A stretch of 62,842 nucleotides of DNA, filler included. It is 4 parts of 4 records of this genome, joined end to end, with 100 filler letters (N's around TTAATTAATTAA, not from the genome) between each part and the next. Parts side by side here need not be neighbours in the genome. Positions count along the whole stretch, not along the records: positions 1 to 27,842 come from SRR2962707_1533; 3 more parts are not named here. One strand, written 5' to 3'. Positions 10,215 through 19,376 of this stretch are shown here, piece after piece (the first letter of the stretch is position 1; each line of letters begins with the position of its first letter). A program made the translations under genes and the position numbers. The notes beneath the pieces are model-generated. The model saw only the letters and a program-made list of their open reading frames with translations. It had not been told where the DNA came from and did not search any database.

Positions 10215-10928
10215 TTAATCGTCCTGCCTTAGCGGACGGAAGGAAAAGCGGTGAATGCGGTGTATGCCACCCAATTTCCCGATTTGATCACGGTGATATT
10301 GCGAGCCATACCCCATATGCTTTTCTAATAGATAATCTGGATTTTCAGCGCCTAGTCGTTCCATCATGCGATCACGGCTGACCTTCGCGATAATCGCCGC
10401 CGCTGCAATGCTCATCGAGCGACCATCCCCTTTGATGAGCGCCGTTGCGCGCAGGTCTAAGGGCAGGGCTGGCGGCACATCACGCCCATCCACCAGCAGC
10501 GCATCCGCTTTGATCGATAGGGTCGCTACTGAGCGGCGCATGGCTTCTAAGCTAGCAGCGCGTATATTCGTCCGGTCAATTTTTTCAGCGCTCATTGCGC
10601 ACACGGAGACGCTCAACGCTATATCCATGATTTGGTCAAATAGAGCATCACGCTTCTTAATCGATAGTTTTTTTGAATCATTGAGACCATCAATAGCAAC
10701 GCCCAACGGCAATATAACGGCGGCGGCAACAACTGGACCTGCCAATGGGCCGCGTCCGGCTTCATCAGTGCCGGCAATATGGCGATAGCCAGCGGCAGTC
10801 AGCCAATTTTCAAAGCGATAATCTGGAACGGACTTCGCATTATAATCAAATGCGGGCATAGCTTCTCCGGCCATCGGCGATGGCTGGAAAAGGGGCAAAG
10901 AACCGGTGTCACGCTTTTTCATTTTCAT
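10215..10928 (-). CDS. rnhB: Ribonuclease HII
   Basis: GTDEAGRGPLAGPVVAAAVIL, LNDSKKLS, IKGDGRSMSIAAAAIIAKVSRD. Start uncertain (10928, 10922 or later). Confidence 0.95.
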   Translation of the reverse strand: MKMKKRDTGSLPLFQPSPMAGEAMPAFDYNAKSVPDYRFENWLTAAGYRHIAGTDEAGRGPLAGPVVAAAVILPLGVAIDGLNDSKKLSIKKRDALFDQIMDIALSVSVCAMSAEKIDRTNIRAASLEAMRRSVATLSIKADALLVDGRDVPPALPLDLRATALIKGDGRSMSIAAAAIIAKVSRDRMMERLGAENPDYLLEKHMGYGSQYHRDQIGKLGGIHRIHRFSFRPLRQDD

Positions 10929-10971
10929 GATGCGGCGATGCTTGGCATGAGCACCGGTTCTCTGCAAGGGC

Positions 10972-11106
10972 CTAACAGCAAACGGAGGAAGGTGGGGGAC
11001 GTTTCTCCGTAAGGCGTTTCTGTTAGACTTCATGTCGCTGCGCGGCGCCTAGGGGTGGCCTTACGGGCAGAAACATGAATTTCGAACTCAATGAATTCAT
11101 TGAGTT
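10972..11106 (-). ncRNA. Candidate structured RNA (sRNA or cis-element) with C-rich loops
   Basis: Two long stem-loops with loops CGUCCCCCACCUU and CACCCCU on the minus strand, plus a perfect 22-bp palindrome; see findings. Confidence 0.45.
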
Positions 11107-11115
11107 ATGAATGTG

Positions 11116-12294
11116 TTAGAGCAGGGACAATTGTTCGGATGCGGGCTTTGGCGCTTCAAACAGATCTGTTCTGAGTTTCACGCGACTCGCATTGAGCCCG
11201 AGGCGTTTACTTGTCATTTCGATGCGCCGCGAAATCTGCCACGCATAGGGACCTGTCCCCTTCATGCGCTTATTCCAATTGGCGTCATAATCCTTGCCGC
11301 CGCGCATTGACCGAATGAGCGACATGACATGGCGGTAGCGCTCAGGATAATGGCGCAGCAACCATTCTTTGAAGACTGGTGCCACCTCAAGTGGCAAGCG
11401 AAGCAATACATAACTGACCTGCCGCGCACCCATTGCATAAGCAGAATCCATAATCCGCTCTAATTCATGGTCATTCAAACCTGGAATGATCGGCGCAATC
11501 ATAACAGATGTCGGTATGCCAGCGTCAGAAAGCTGCTTGAGCGCTTCCAAGCGCTTAGTTGGTGTTGAGCAGCGTGGCTCCATCGTTCGCGCCAAGGTGC
11601 GGTCTAGCGTCGTAATTGATAAAGCCACTTTCGCAAGACCTTTTGCAGCCATGCGGCTCAAGATGTCGATATCGCGCACAACCAAGGCTGACTTGGTCAC
11701 AATGCCAACGGGATGATTATGCTTTTCCAACACTTCCAAAATAGAGCGCATAACAAGCCAATCGCGCTCTATCGGCTGATAGGGGTCCGTATTGGTGCCA
11801 ATTGCAATGGGCTTAACCTCATAGCCGGGCCGCGTGATTTCGCGCTCTAAAAGCCGCGCCGCGTCAGGCTTTACAAATAACTTGCTCTCAAAATCAAGCC
11901 CAGCCGATAGGCCAGAATAGGCATGTGTAGGCCGCGCGAAACAATAGACGCAGCCATGCTCACAGCCGCGATAAGGATTGATTGATTTATCAAAGGCAAG
12001 ATCAGGCGACGAATTCTTGGTAATGATTGATTTTGCGCGCTCAACGGTGACTTCCGTTTTAAACGCAGGCAGTTCATCAATCGTCTGCCAGCCATCATCA
12101 ATGTCTGTACGGCTGAACACTTCAAACCGGCCTGACGGATTAACCGCAGATCCACGACCGCGCGCACGGCGCTCCTGCACGCGCAATTGAGAATTGGTTA
12201 TCAAGCCATTGGCAAGATCAGTGCCTGCCTCTCCAGCGCGGCTGAATGCAGCTCTATCGGCAATTGATATGGCGTCAAGCGATTGGCGTTCCAT
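11116..12294 (-). CDS. PA0069/Rv2578c family radical SAM protein (SplB-like)
   Basis: SINPYRGCEHGCVYCFARPTH (CxxxCxxC), IGTNTDPYQPIE, QLSLL C-terminus. Confidence 0.93.
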   Translation of the reverse strand: MERQSLDAISIADRAAFSRAGEAGTDLANGLITNSQLRVQERRARGRGSAVNPSGRFEVFSRTDIDDGWQTIDELPAFKTEVTVERAKSIITKNSSPDLAFDKSINPYRGCEHGCVYCFARPTHAYSGLSAGLDFESKLFVKPDAARLLEREITRPGYEVKPIAIGTNTDPYQPIERDWLVMRSILEVLEKHNHPVGIVTKSALVVRDIDILSRMAAKGLAKVALSITTLDRTLARTMEPRCSTPTKRLEALKQLSDAGIPTSVMIAPIIPGLNDHELERIMDSAYAMGARQVSYVLLRLPLEVAPVFKEWLLRHYPERYRHVMSLIRSMRGGKDYDANWNKRMKGTGPYAWQISRRIEMTSKRLGLNASRVKLRTDLFEAPKPASEQLSLL

Positions 12295-12356
12295 GATGTT
12301 TCCTAACCTGTAAGAGACTCATTTAATAAGATGACTATATTCCTATCAGAAAAATG

Positions 12357-12371
12357 GAACATAGCAAGAAC
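12357..12371. promoter_or_regulatory. Alphaproteobacterial LexA (SOS) box
   Basis: GAAC-ATAGCAA-GAAC, an exact GAAC-N7-GAAC match about 60 bp upstream of the radical SAM start. Confidence 0.8.
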
Positions 12372-12419
12372 AAAATTCCGCTTTTGCAATCGGCTTAAAC
12401 TTCGATTAGACAGATTTCC

Positions 12420-12932
12420 ATGATTTCAGTGATTATAAAAATTGAGTCTGATAATTTGTATGCGCTCGCGCGTACATTGCAGAACCTTGTCTCCTATGCC
12501 GTTGATGGCTTCGTTCAGGAGGTCATTGTCGTTCACAGTGAAATCGATGAAGCAACGACAATTCTTTGTGAAGAAGCAGGATGCAATTTGCTTCACGCCG
12601 ATGAAGGCATGGAGAATATTTGCGAAAATGCGCGCGGTGATTGGCTTTTATTTATGGAGCCAGGCGCGGTCTTCGAGCGGGGCTGGGTGGATATCGTTGG
12701 TGCACATGCCAATGCAGGCGGCGGTGCGGCCGCGTTTAAATTTGCGGCACAGCCCGATCGACCTTGGTGGAAGAATGTTTTTGCGCCAATTACCTATAGT
12801 CGGCCTTTAGCTCGTGGCTTTTTGATTTCTAAGAGACAGGCGCGTGCAAATCTTAAAGGCAAATCGACGCCCGTAGAATTGATGCGTGGCTTGGCCATGA
12901 AGCGGCTGCGCGCATCTATATATCCAGCCTAG
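12420..12932 (+). CDS. Truncated/degenerate glycosyltransferase family 2-like protein
   Basis: MISVII...LARTL..LV...VDG.VQEVIVV, ARGDWLLFM, lacks a clear DxD motif. Confidence 0.7.
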   Translation: MISVIIKIESDNLYALARTLQNLVSYAVDGFVQEVIVVHSEIDEATTILCEEAGCNLLHADEGMENICENARGDWLLFMEPGAVFERGWVDIVGAHANAGGGAAAFKFAAQPDRPWWKNVFAPITYSRPLARGFLISKRQARANLKGKSTPVELMRGLAMKRLRASIYPA

Positions 12933-13486
12933 ACGCCTTTGCCAGAGCCGCGCTTTAAATGCTCATCAAGGCGCGGCATGATCTCTACGAAGTTACACGG
13001 CATATGCCGATAATCGAGTTGCGGTTGTAAAATACCATCCCACCCATCTTTGCAGGCGCCGGGTGAGCCGGGAAGAACAAATACAAATGTTTGATTGATA
13101 AGCCCTGCTGTTGCGCGCGACTGAATGGTGGAGGTGCCAATTTTTGCCGCTGATATTTGGTGAAAGAGCGTGGAAAATCCATCCATTCGTTTGTCGAATA
13201 ATGGCTCAAGCGCATCGGGTGTCACATCGCGTCCGGTAAAGCCGGTGCCACCCGTCGTGATGATGACATCAACATCGCTCTGCTTGGACCAAGCAATCAC
13301 CAGCGCCGCGATTTGCTCTTTATCGTCACGGCTGATCGACCGCGCGGTTAAGATATGGCCAGCGGCCTCAATGCGATCAGCCAGAATGTTGCCAGACTTA
13401 TCATCGGCCAATTCGCGCGTATCAGACACAGTCAACACGGCGATGCGAACGGGAATAAACGCGCGGCTTTCATCAATTCGGCTCAT
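12929..13486 (-). CDS. moaB: Molybdenum cofactor biosynthesis protein B
   Basis: IAVLTVSDTR, TTGGTGFTGRDVTP, IGTSTIQSRA, LPGSPGAC, PCNF. Confidence 0.95.
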   Translation of the reverse strand: MSRIDESRAFIPVRIAVLTVSDTRELADDKSGNILADRIEAAGHILTARSISRDDKEQIAALVIAWSKQSDVDVIITTGGTGFTGRDVTPDALEPLFDKRMDGFSTLFHQISAAKIGTSTIQSRATAGLINQTFVFVLPGSPGACKDGWDGILQPQLDYRHMPCNFVEIMPRLDEHLKRGSGKGV

Positions 13487-13492
13487 CTGTTC

Positions 13493-14383
13493 TTATACCT
13501 TATGCGTTGAAGCGCCAGTATTTGTCGCCACAACCCACCATTCAGGCTGGTTCTTCTGGATTGCGGCGGCAGCATTTACTGCCTTAAGAGAGCTTGGGAA
13601 AATACCAAAACAGGTCGCACCCGAGCCACTCATTTGCGCCATTATAGCGCCTTCTGATTCGAGTACATCCAACTGCGTTTGTATCTCTGGGCAATGCTCT
13701 AAAGCAGGGGGCAACAAATCATTGCGCGTGCGCTCTTTTAGCCATTGAACAAAGTCATCGGCATGATCAGGCAGATCATAAAGGGCAGGGTTATGCTTTT
13801 CTTCCAGCGACCTAAACACAGCCGGCGTAGCAATTTGGGCTCCGCAATTGACCAATACCATATGAAGCGTAGGCACATTATCAAGTTTGGATATATGATC
13901 GCCAATGCCGGTTGCCCGCAAAGGCTTGCCGTATAAGCAAATAGGAACATCGGCCCCTAGCGTTGAAGCGATCTCAGAAGCGCGAATAAATTCTTTGGAA
14001 AATGGAATGTGCCAAATATCCTGCAGCACTTTAATTGTGGTCGCAGCATTGGATGAGCCACCACCAATACCTGAGGCAATTGGCAGTCTTTTTGTCAGGC
14101 TAATATGAACCGCTGGAGCGGGCAGATTGTGTGTAATGGCTTGTTTGCGCAAATAGTCACGCGCTTTAATCGCAAGATTTGCGTGATCCGACGTCAGCAA
14201 TTCGGCAAATTCACCATCAATGCCAAAACCGTCTTTCTGGCAAGGTGAAGCAATGATCGTATCGCTCGCATCTACTGTGTTTGCAAAAACGACAATGCTG
14301 TCCAGCAAGTGATAACCGTCCGACCGTTGGCCTGTAACATGCAACGCGAGGTTAATCTTAGCTGGCGCATTTTTTATGATCAT
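13493..14383 (-). CDS. ispE: 4-diphosphocytidyl-2-C-methyl-D-erythritol kinase
   Basis: APAKINLALHV, GYHLLDS, PIASGIGGGSSNAA, LGADVP, MSGSGATCF. Confidence 0.96.
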   Translation of the reverse strand: MIIKNAPAKINLALHVTGQRSDGYHLLDSIVVFANTVDASDTIIASPCQKDGFGIDGEFAELLTSDHANLAIKARDYLRKQAITHNLPAPAVHISLTKRLPIASGIGGGSSNAATTIKVLQDIWHIPFSKEFIRASEIASTLGADVPICLYGKPLRATGIGDHISKLDNVPTLHMVLVNCGAQIATPAVFRSLEEKHNPALYDLPDHADDFVQWLKERTRNDLLPPALEHCPEIQTQLDVLESEGAIMAQMSGSGATCFGIFPSSLKAVNAAAAIQKNQPEWWVVATNTGASTHKV

Positions 14384-16434
14384 TTTTCCGGTAGCTTGAT
14401 CTCGAGGCCTGGAACAAGTGAATTAGGATTTGGCAAATTATCTTTGTTCAATTCGATAAGCGCATTCAACTTATCCACATCACCCAATATGTCGCGCGCA
14501 ATTTTTGCAAGCGTATCGCCTTTTTGAACTGTGTAAGTAACCGAGCCATCTTTTTCTACGATGGTTGCGTCTTTGTATTCTTTTGCAATTGTCTCTTCAG
14601 GCTTAGTCGGTTCTGCCGGTGCATCGCCACTTTGCGAATCGACAACACTCTTGCCAATATTGGGTTCCATATCCGGCGTTTCAGCCGCTTTGATTTTTGC
14701 GCGCACATTGTCCATGTCGGTTTCGCCGACAGTCATCTGCAAAACCTGCTGCCATTGATAGACAGCTTCTATCTTGCGGCCAGCGCGCCAATAGGCATCA
14801 CCCAAATGGTCATTAATGGTCGAATCGCGGGCCATCAGATCAGTAGCACGTTCTAGCTCGTCTACAGCATCGTCAAATTTGCCAAGTCGGTAGTGCGCCC
14901 ATCCAAGTGAATCGATGATAAACCCATCATTCGGGCGAGTCTCGACGGCCTTTTGGATCATCTCAATGCCTTCATCGAGGTGAATATTCATATCAACCCA
15001 AGAATAGCCAAGATAGTTCAAAACATCGGGCTGGTTAGGAGCGAGCTTTAGCGCATATTTAAAGGCAGCTTCTGCTTTGTCCCATTGATCGGCGCGCTCA
15101 TAAGCGATACCCAGCCGGTAATGCAGCGCCCAAAAGCGTGGATCATCCTTATCAAGATTGGTCAGCGCAGTATTATAGACAGTGATGGACTTATCCCACT
15201 TTTTCTCAGTCGCCAAAACACCACCAAGCGCCATATAGCCCTGATAATCTTTTGGATTATCATCAACCAATTCGCGCAGCGTTGCCAGTGCTTCATCATT
15301 GCGATCAAGTGCAGACAGCGAAAGTCCAAGCTGTAGCTCAGCAACATGGCTCATCGGCGATTGGGCTGGCACATCTTCATACAGCGCAATGGCGCGTTCT
15401 GTTAATCCCATGCGGTCCGCAATTGAACCCAGTTCAAATAGGGTTTGAGCAATATCCGGCTTTGCAGCGCGTGACATTTCTAAATAGAGCGAGGCAAATG
15501 TTTCTGCGCCTTCGCGGTTAATCGCTGAACCAATATCCAGCAATATTTCCGCAACGCCATCTTTGGGCGTTTCAAAAAGTGCAAAATCAGTTTGCATGCT
15601 GATAGTTTGAGACAATGAAAGCAGCTCAGGATTATTGGGCGCAATAAGAAGGCCCCGCTCAATAATTTTCTTCGCTTCGTCTCGCTTGCCGTTCTTGGCT
15701 AAATATTCCGCATAGTCTTGCGCCAAGCGCAAATATGTCAGCGGGGATGCCGCGCTGCCATTTGGATCATTCATACCATCGGAAAATCGTTTTCCCGCTT
15801 CCTCGCTCATGCCAGCAGCATTGGCGATCAAAGCTGAATGATAGGATTTAAAAACGCCAAACCATTCAGGCCCCTCAAGCGCATCAACGACCTTTAAAGC
15901 TGCTTCACCATTGCCTTGTCCAAGGGTCGTCCATGCGCCCATGATGCCCGTTAGAAGGCTTTCAATGTCATTGGGCTGTGAAAGGATAAGGAGTGGTTGC
16001 GCTTTGTCGTATTCACCCTTTCTGATCGCTTCTACAGCCAGAACAAGCCGTGAAATACGCTCAACTTCGAGTGTGTCTTTGAGTTCTTCTGCATAAGGCA
16101 GAGCTTCGTCGAAGCGTCCACCATTGATAAGCGCGATCATTGTCTCGCGCTTCAAGTCTACATTTTCAGGGTCGTAATCGAGCGCTTCGCTAAAATAGGC
16201 CGCAGCTGCGTCAAAATCAAAATCTTGAAGGGCAGCACTACCCGCCAAATAGGCACCAGAAAATGACTGAGCCGGATCAAATTCGCTTTTTCCTGCAGCG
16301 ATGGCCGAAGTGCTCATCGCGAGGATTGAACTTGCTGCCAAAATAGCGGCGAAAGTTGATGAAATGCGTTTATTGCGGCGAGACATTGGCAAATTATCCA
16401 TAGTGAATCGTATAGACGAATATAGGCCGCACAA
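14380..16434 (-). CDS. Exported TPR protein with C-terminal LysM domain (start may be 16401 or 16386)
   Basis: Signal peptide, SGAYLAG, multiple TPRs (VLNYLGYSW, IDSLGWAHYRLG, DHLGDAYW), C-terminal YTVQKGDTLAKIA...N...PNSLVPGLEIKLP. Confidence 0.88.
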   Translation of the reverse strand: MCGLYSSIRFTMDNLPMSRRNKRISSTFAAILAASSILAMSTSAIAAGKSEFDPAQSFSGAYLAGSAALQDFDFDAAAAYFSEALDYDPENVDLKRETMIALINGGRFDEALPYAEELKDTLEVERISRLVLAVEAIRKGEYDKAQPLLILSQPNDIESLLTGIMGAWTTLGQGNGEAALKVVDALEGPEWFGVFKSYHSALIANAAGMSEEAGKRFSDGMNDPNGSAASPLTYLRLAQDYAEYLAKNGKRDEAKKIIERGLLIAPNNPELLSLSQTISMQTDFALFETPKDGVAEILLDIGSAINREGAETFASLYLEMSRAAKPDIAQTLFELGSIADRMGLTERAIALYEDVPAQSPMSHVAELQLGLSLSALDRNDEALATLRELVDDNPKDYQGYMALGGVLATEKKWDKSITVYNTALTNLDKDDPRFWALHYRLGIAYERADQWDKAEAAFKYALKLAPNQPDVLNYLGYSWVDMNIHLDEGIEMIQKAVETRPNDGFIIDSLGWAHYRLGKFDDAVDELERATDLMARDSTINDHLGDAYWRAGRKIEAVYQWQQVLQMTVGETDMDNVRAKIKAAETPDMEPNIGKSVVDSQSGDAPAEPTKPEETIAKEYKDATIVEKDGSVTYTVQKGDTLAKIARDILGDVDKLNALIELNKDNLPNPNSLVPGLEIKLPEK

Positions 16435-16474
16435 TGGCTAATTTATGATACCGCTGCAATGGCTGTCGATGATC

Positions 16475-17488
16475 TTAATTAACGCGTGAAATGCAGAATT
16501 CGACCACATCCAGAAGCGCGTCTTTTACCGGTGATGCTTTGAACGGACCGAGCGTATCACGCGCAATCGAGCCAAAGTGTTTTGCGCGGGAAATCGTATC
16601 GACCAAAGCGCCATGTTTCGCCATCAGGCCGCGGGCGTGCTCAAGGCGTTCGTCGGTGTTGTTTTCACCTTCAAGGCTTTCTTTCCAGAATGCGCGTTCT
16701 TCATCAGAGCCACGCTTATAGGCGAGCAGCACGGGTAGCGTTATCTTACCTTCGCGGAAATCATCGCCGGTGTTTTTGCCCAAATCTTTTGCATTGCCGC
16801 CATAGTCGAGCACATCATCAACAAGCTGGAAGGCAAGGCCAAGATTAGTGCCGTAAGATTTTAGCGCCGCACGTTCGCCTTTTTCAGCGTTCGCAATAAT
16901 CGGACCTACTTCAGCAGCTGCAGAGAACAGCGCGGCGGTTTTCGCATTGATAACCGCAAGATATTCATCTTCTGTTGTTGCCAGATTTTTAGCCGCTGCA
17001 AGTTGCATCACTTCGCCTTCAGCAATCACGGATGCCGCCGTTGAAAGCACATTAAGCGCTTCCAGTGAGCCGACTTCCACCATCATTTTGAAGGCTTGTC
17101 CAAGCAGAAAGTCACCAACCAGCACAGAGGCTTGGTTGCCCCAAATCATGCGCGCAGTTGGCTTAGATCGACGTTGATCGCTTTCGTCAACAACATCATC
17201 ATGGAGCAGCGTTGCTGTGTGCATAAATTCAACACTTGTCGCCAATTTGATATGGCCAGTGCCTTTATAGCCGCAAAGGTCAGCAGACGCCAAAGTCAGC
17301 ATTGGACGAAGCCTTTTGCCACCAGACGAAATCAAATGACGTGCAACTTCGGGTATCATCTCAACATCAGAGCCAGCCTTTGAAAGGATTAGCTCGTTGA
17401 CGCTTTTCATGCCAGGCGCGCAAAGTTCTGTCAGGGCAGTTATGCCATTTTCTTTTTGCGCTTTATTTATTGAAACAACGACACCCAA
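16475..17488 (-). CDS. ispB: Polyprenyl (octa/decaprenyl) diphosphate synthase
   Basis: GGKRLRP, LHDDVVDESDQRR (FARM), FQLVDDVLD (SARM), GKNTGDDFREGK. Confidence 0.95.
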   Translation of the reverse strand: MGVVVSINKAQKENGITALTELCAPGMKSVNELILSKAGSDVEMIPEVARHLISSGGKRLRPMLTLASADLCGYKGTGHIKLATSVEFMHTATLLHDDVVDESDQRRSKPTARMIWGNQASVLVGDFLLGQAFKMMVEVGSLEALNVLSTAASVIAEGEVMQLAAAKNLATTEDEYLAVINAKTAALFSAAAEVGPIIANAEKGERAALKSYGTNLGLAFQLVDDVLDYGGNAKDLGKNTGDDFREGKITLPVLLAYKRGSDEERAFWKESLEGENNTDERLEHARGLMAKHGALVDTISRAKHFGSIARDTLGPFKASPVKDALLDVVEFCISRVN

Positions 17489-17631
17489 AACAATACTCCT
17501 GTATTTTGGCTTACCTTAAAATTTTGAGAGCGGTGCAGCAAGTGGCGAATTGGCGCAATGATTGAACAATTCGTTCGATCATCATCAATAGAGTTGTTTT
17601 ATTTTGTCCCAAAAGCCCCTATTGAAGAGCG

Positions 17632-17862
17632 ATGGAAGAATTATTGCGCTCAAACAACATGATCACCCTGTCCTTTGCTCAATCGCTGATGCGCGATGCG
17701 GGCATTGAGTGCCTTTGGGCCGATCAAAACACCAGCATACTTGAGGGATCAATCGGCGCGATTGCCCAGCGTATTTTGGTTGATTCTGATAAAATTGAAG
17801 AAGCGCGGCGCATTATAGCCGATGCGGGATTAGAAAAAGAACTGCGTAATTCAGGTGCATAA
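17632..17862 (+). CDS. DUF2007 / putative signal-transducing protein
   Basis: SLMRDAGIECLWADQNTSILEGSIG; typical position between ispB and the tRNA methyltransferase. Confidence 0.85.
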   Translation: MEELLRSNNMITLSFAQSLMRDAGIECLWADQNTSILEGSIGAIAQRILVDSDKIEEARRIIADAGLEKELRNSGA

Positions 17863-18629
17863 TGAATGATGCTGCGCATTCAATCGATGCATTTCATCGC
17901 GGGCGCTTTTCACTGGTGCAGCCCAAATCAGGTGGTCATCGCGCCGGCATAGATGCCATGCTTTTGGCGGCATGTGTGAGCGATGGATTTGATGGCGCAG
18001 TCGCTGATCTTGGCGCAGGCGCAGGCGCTGCCGGATTTGCGGTTTTATCGCGGTGCGCAAACGCTTCTGCCAGCTTATTTGAAGCCTCTGAGCAGATGAT
18101 CGACTTTGCTGCACGCACGATTGCGCTTGAGTACAATGACGCTTTTCGTGACCGCATATCGCTTCACGCCGGCGACATTACGGCTGATGGTGAAACGCGG
18201 GTAGCAAATGGACTTCTGCCCAACAGCTTTGATTGGGTGATCGCCAACCCACCTTTTAACGAAGAGACAGACCGCAAATCACCCCATAATGAGCGGGCTT
18301 TTGCCCATGTTATGGACGCGCAGACATTGGATAAATGGACCCGCACGGCTGCGTCAATTGCTAAGCCAAGTGGCTATTTTTCAATGATCGTGCGCCCTCA
18401 ATCGATAGGCGAAGTGCTCAAAGCCTATGAGGGGCGCTTTGGTGCTATGCGCATCACGCCTGTTCATCCACGGTCAAATGAAGATGCAATCCGCATTCTT
18501 GTGACAGGCAAAAAAGGCTCAAAGCAAAAGCTCGAAATCACATCGCCGCTGATTTTGCATGAAGGCGAGGGACGTGATTTTACCGATTGTGCCAATCGTC
18601 TGATTAATGGAGAACAGGCGCTGTTCTAA
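17862..18629 (+). CDS. tRNA1(Val) adenine(37)-N6-methyltransferase (YfiC/TrmN6 family)
   Basis: GHRAGIDAMLLAA, DLGAGAG (motif I), ANPPF (motif IV). Confidence 0.88.
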   Translation: MNDAAHSIDAFHRGRFSLVQPKSGGHRAGIDAMLLAACVSDGFDGAVADLGAGAGAAGFAVLSRCANASASLFEASEQMIDFAARTIALEYNDAFRDRISLHAGDITADGETRVANGLLPNSFDWVIANPPFNEETDRKSPHNERAFAHVMDAQTLDKWTRTAASIAKPSGYFSMIVRPQSIGEVLKAYEGRFGAMRITPVHPRSNEDAIRILVTGKKGSKQKLEITSPLILHEGEGRDFTDCANRLINGEQALF

Positions 18630-18727
18630 CGCGCTTTATTTTTGAAACGAACAACTCTCCTGACAGGAATTGGCAGTTAGCCTGTTTTAAGGGGTATCAA
18701 TTCGTTGCAACAATTGGAGATTTTACA

Positions 18728-19330
18728 GTGCTTACCCTTTACCATTCACCACGAAGCAGATCCACACGCGTCGTCGCCTTGCTCAAAGAACTCGATGCGC
18801 TTGATGCGGTTAAAATCGAAATTGTGACGATAACCCGCCAAGATGGAACCGGTGGTCGTGATTCAAAAAATCCGCATCCTGATGGTAAAGTGCCATTTCT
18901 CGTTCATGACGGCGTGGAAATTTGGGAGAGCAGTGCGATCATGCTTTATCTGGCGGATTTATTTCCCGATGCCGGTTTGAATATCCCGCAAGGCCATCCA
19001 AAGCGCGGCGCTTATTTGAGCTGGTTTGCGTGGTATTCCGGCGTCATGGAACCGGTCATGGTGTTGGAAGCCGCTAAACTCGCGCATCCATTTATCGACT
19101 CGACGTTTCGCAGCAGCGTAGAAATGAAAAAACAGCTGATTAAAAACCTTACAGATCAGCCATTTCTAACGGGCGATGAATATACGGCAGCCGATTTGCT
19201 GCTTCATTCGCCCTATAGCTGGTTTGGTAAATCGGGTGATCCGGTCATTGATGCTTGGGTAGACCGCTGTACGGCGCGCCCAGCAATAATTTATGCAAAC
19301 GAATTTGATGAAAAAGTCCTGAAAGCTTAA
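18728..19330 (+). CDS. Glutathione S-transferase family protein
   Basis: LYHSPRSRSTRV, HPDGKVPFL, ESSAIMLYLAD, YTAADL. GGAG RBS and GTG start. Confidence 0.92.
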   Translation: MLTLYHSPRSRSTRVVALLKELDALDAVKIEIVTITRQDGTGGRDSKNPHPDGKVPFLVHDGVEIWESSAIMLYLADLFPDAGLNIPQGHPKRGAYLSWFAWYSGVMEPVMVLEAAKLAHPFIDSTFRSSVEMKKQLIKNLTDQPFLTGDEYTAADLLLHSPYSWFGKSGDPVIDAWVDRCTARPAIIYANEFDEKVLKA

Positions 19331-19342
19331 TGCATTTCTTTA

Positions 19343-19371
19343 GCGGGCGATGCTTAAATATCGCCCGTTTT
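19343..19371. terminator. Terminator between convergent GST and purD
   Basis: GCGGGCGAT...ATCGCCCGT followed by TTT. Confidence 0.7.
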
Positions 19372-19376
19372 GTTCG

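Noticed and set aside
10929-11033. Extended rnhB N-terminus given by the ORF track
   Set aside because: Non-homologous sequence lying across strong RNA hairpins; more likely untranslated
13170-13748. Long antisense/overlapping ORFs (e.g. 13170-13748, 21729-22166, 47225-47656, 55913-56787, 61431-61886)
   Set aside because: They are shadows of well-supported genes on the opposite strand, with no RBS or motif support
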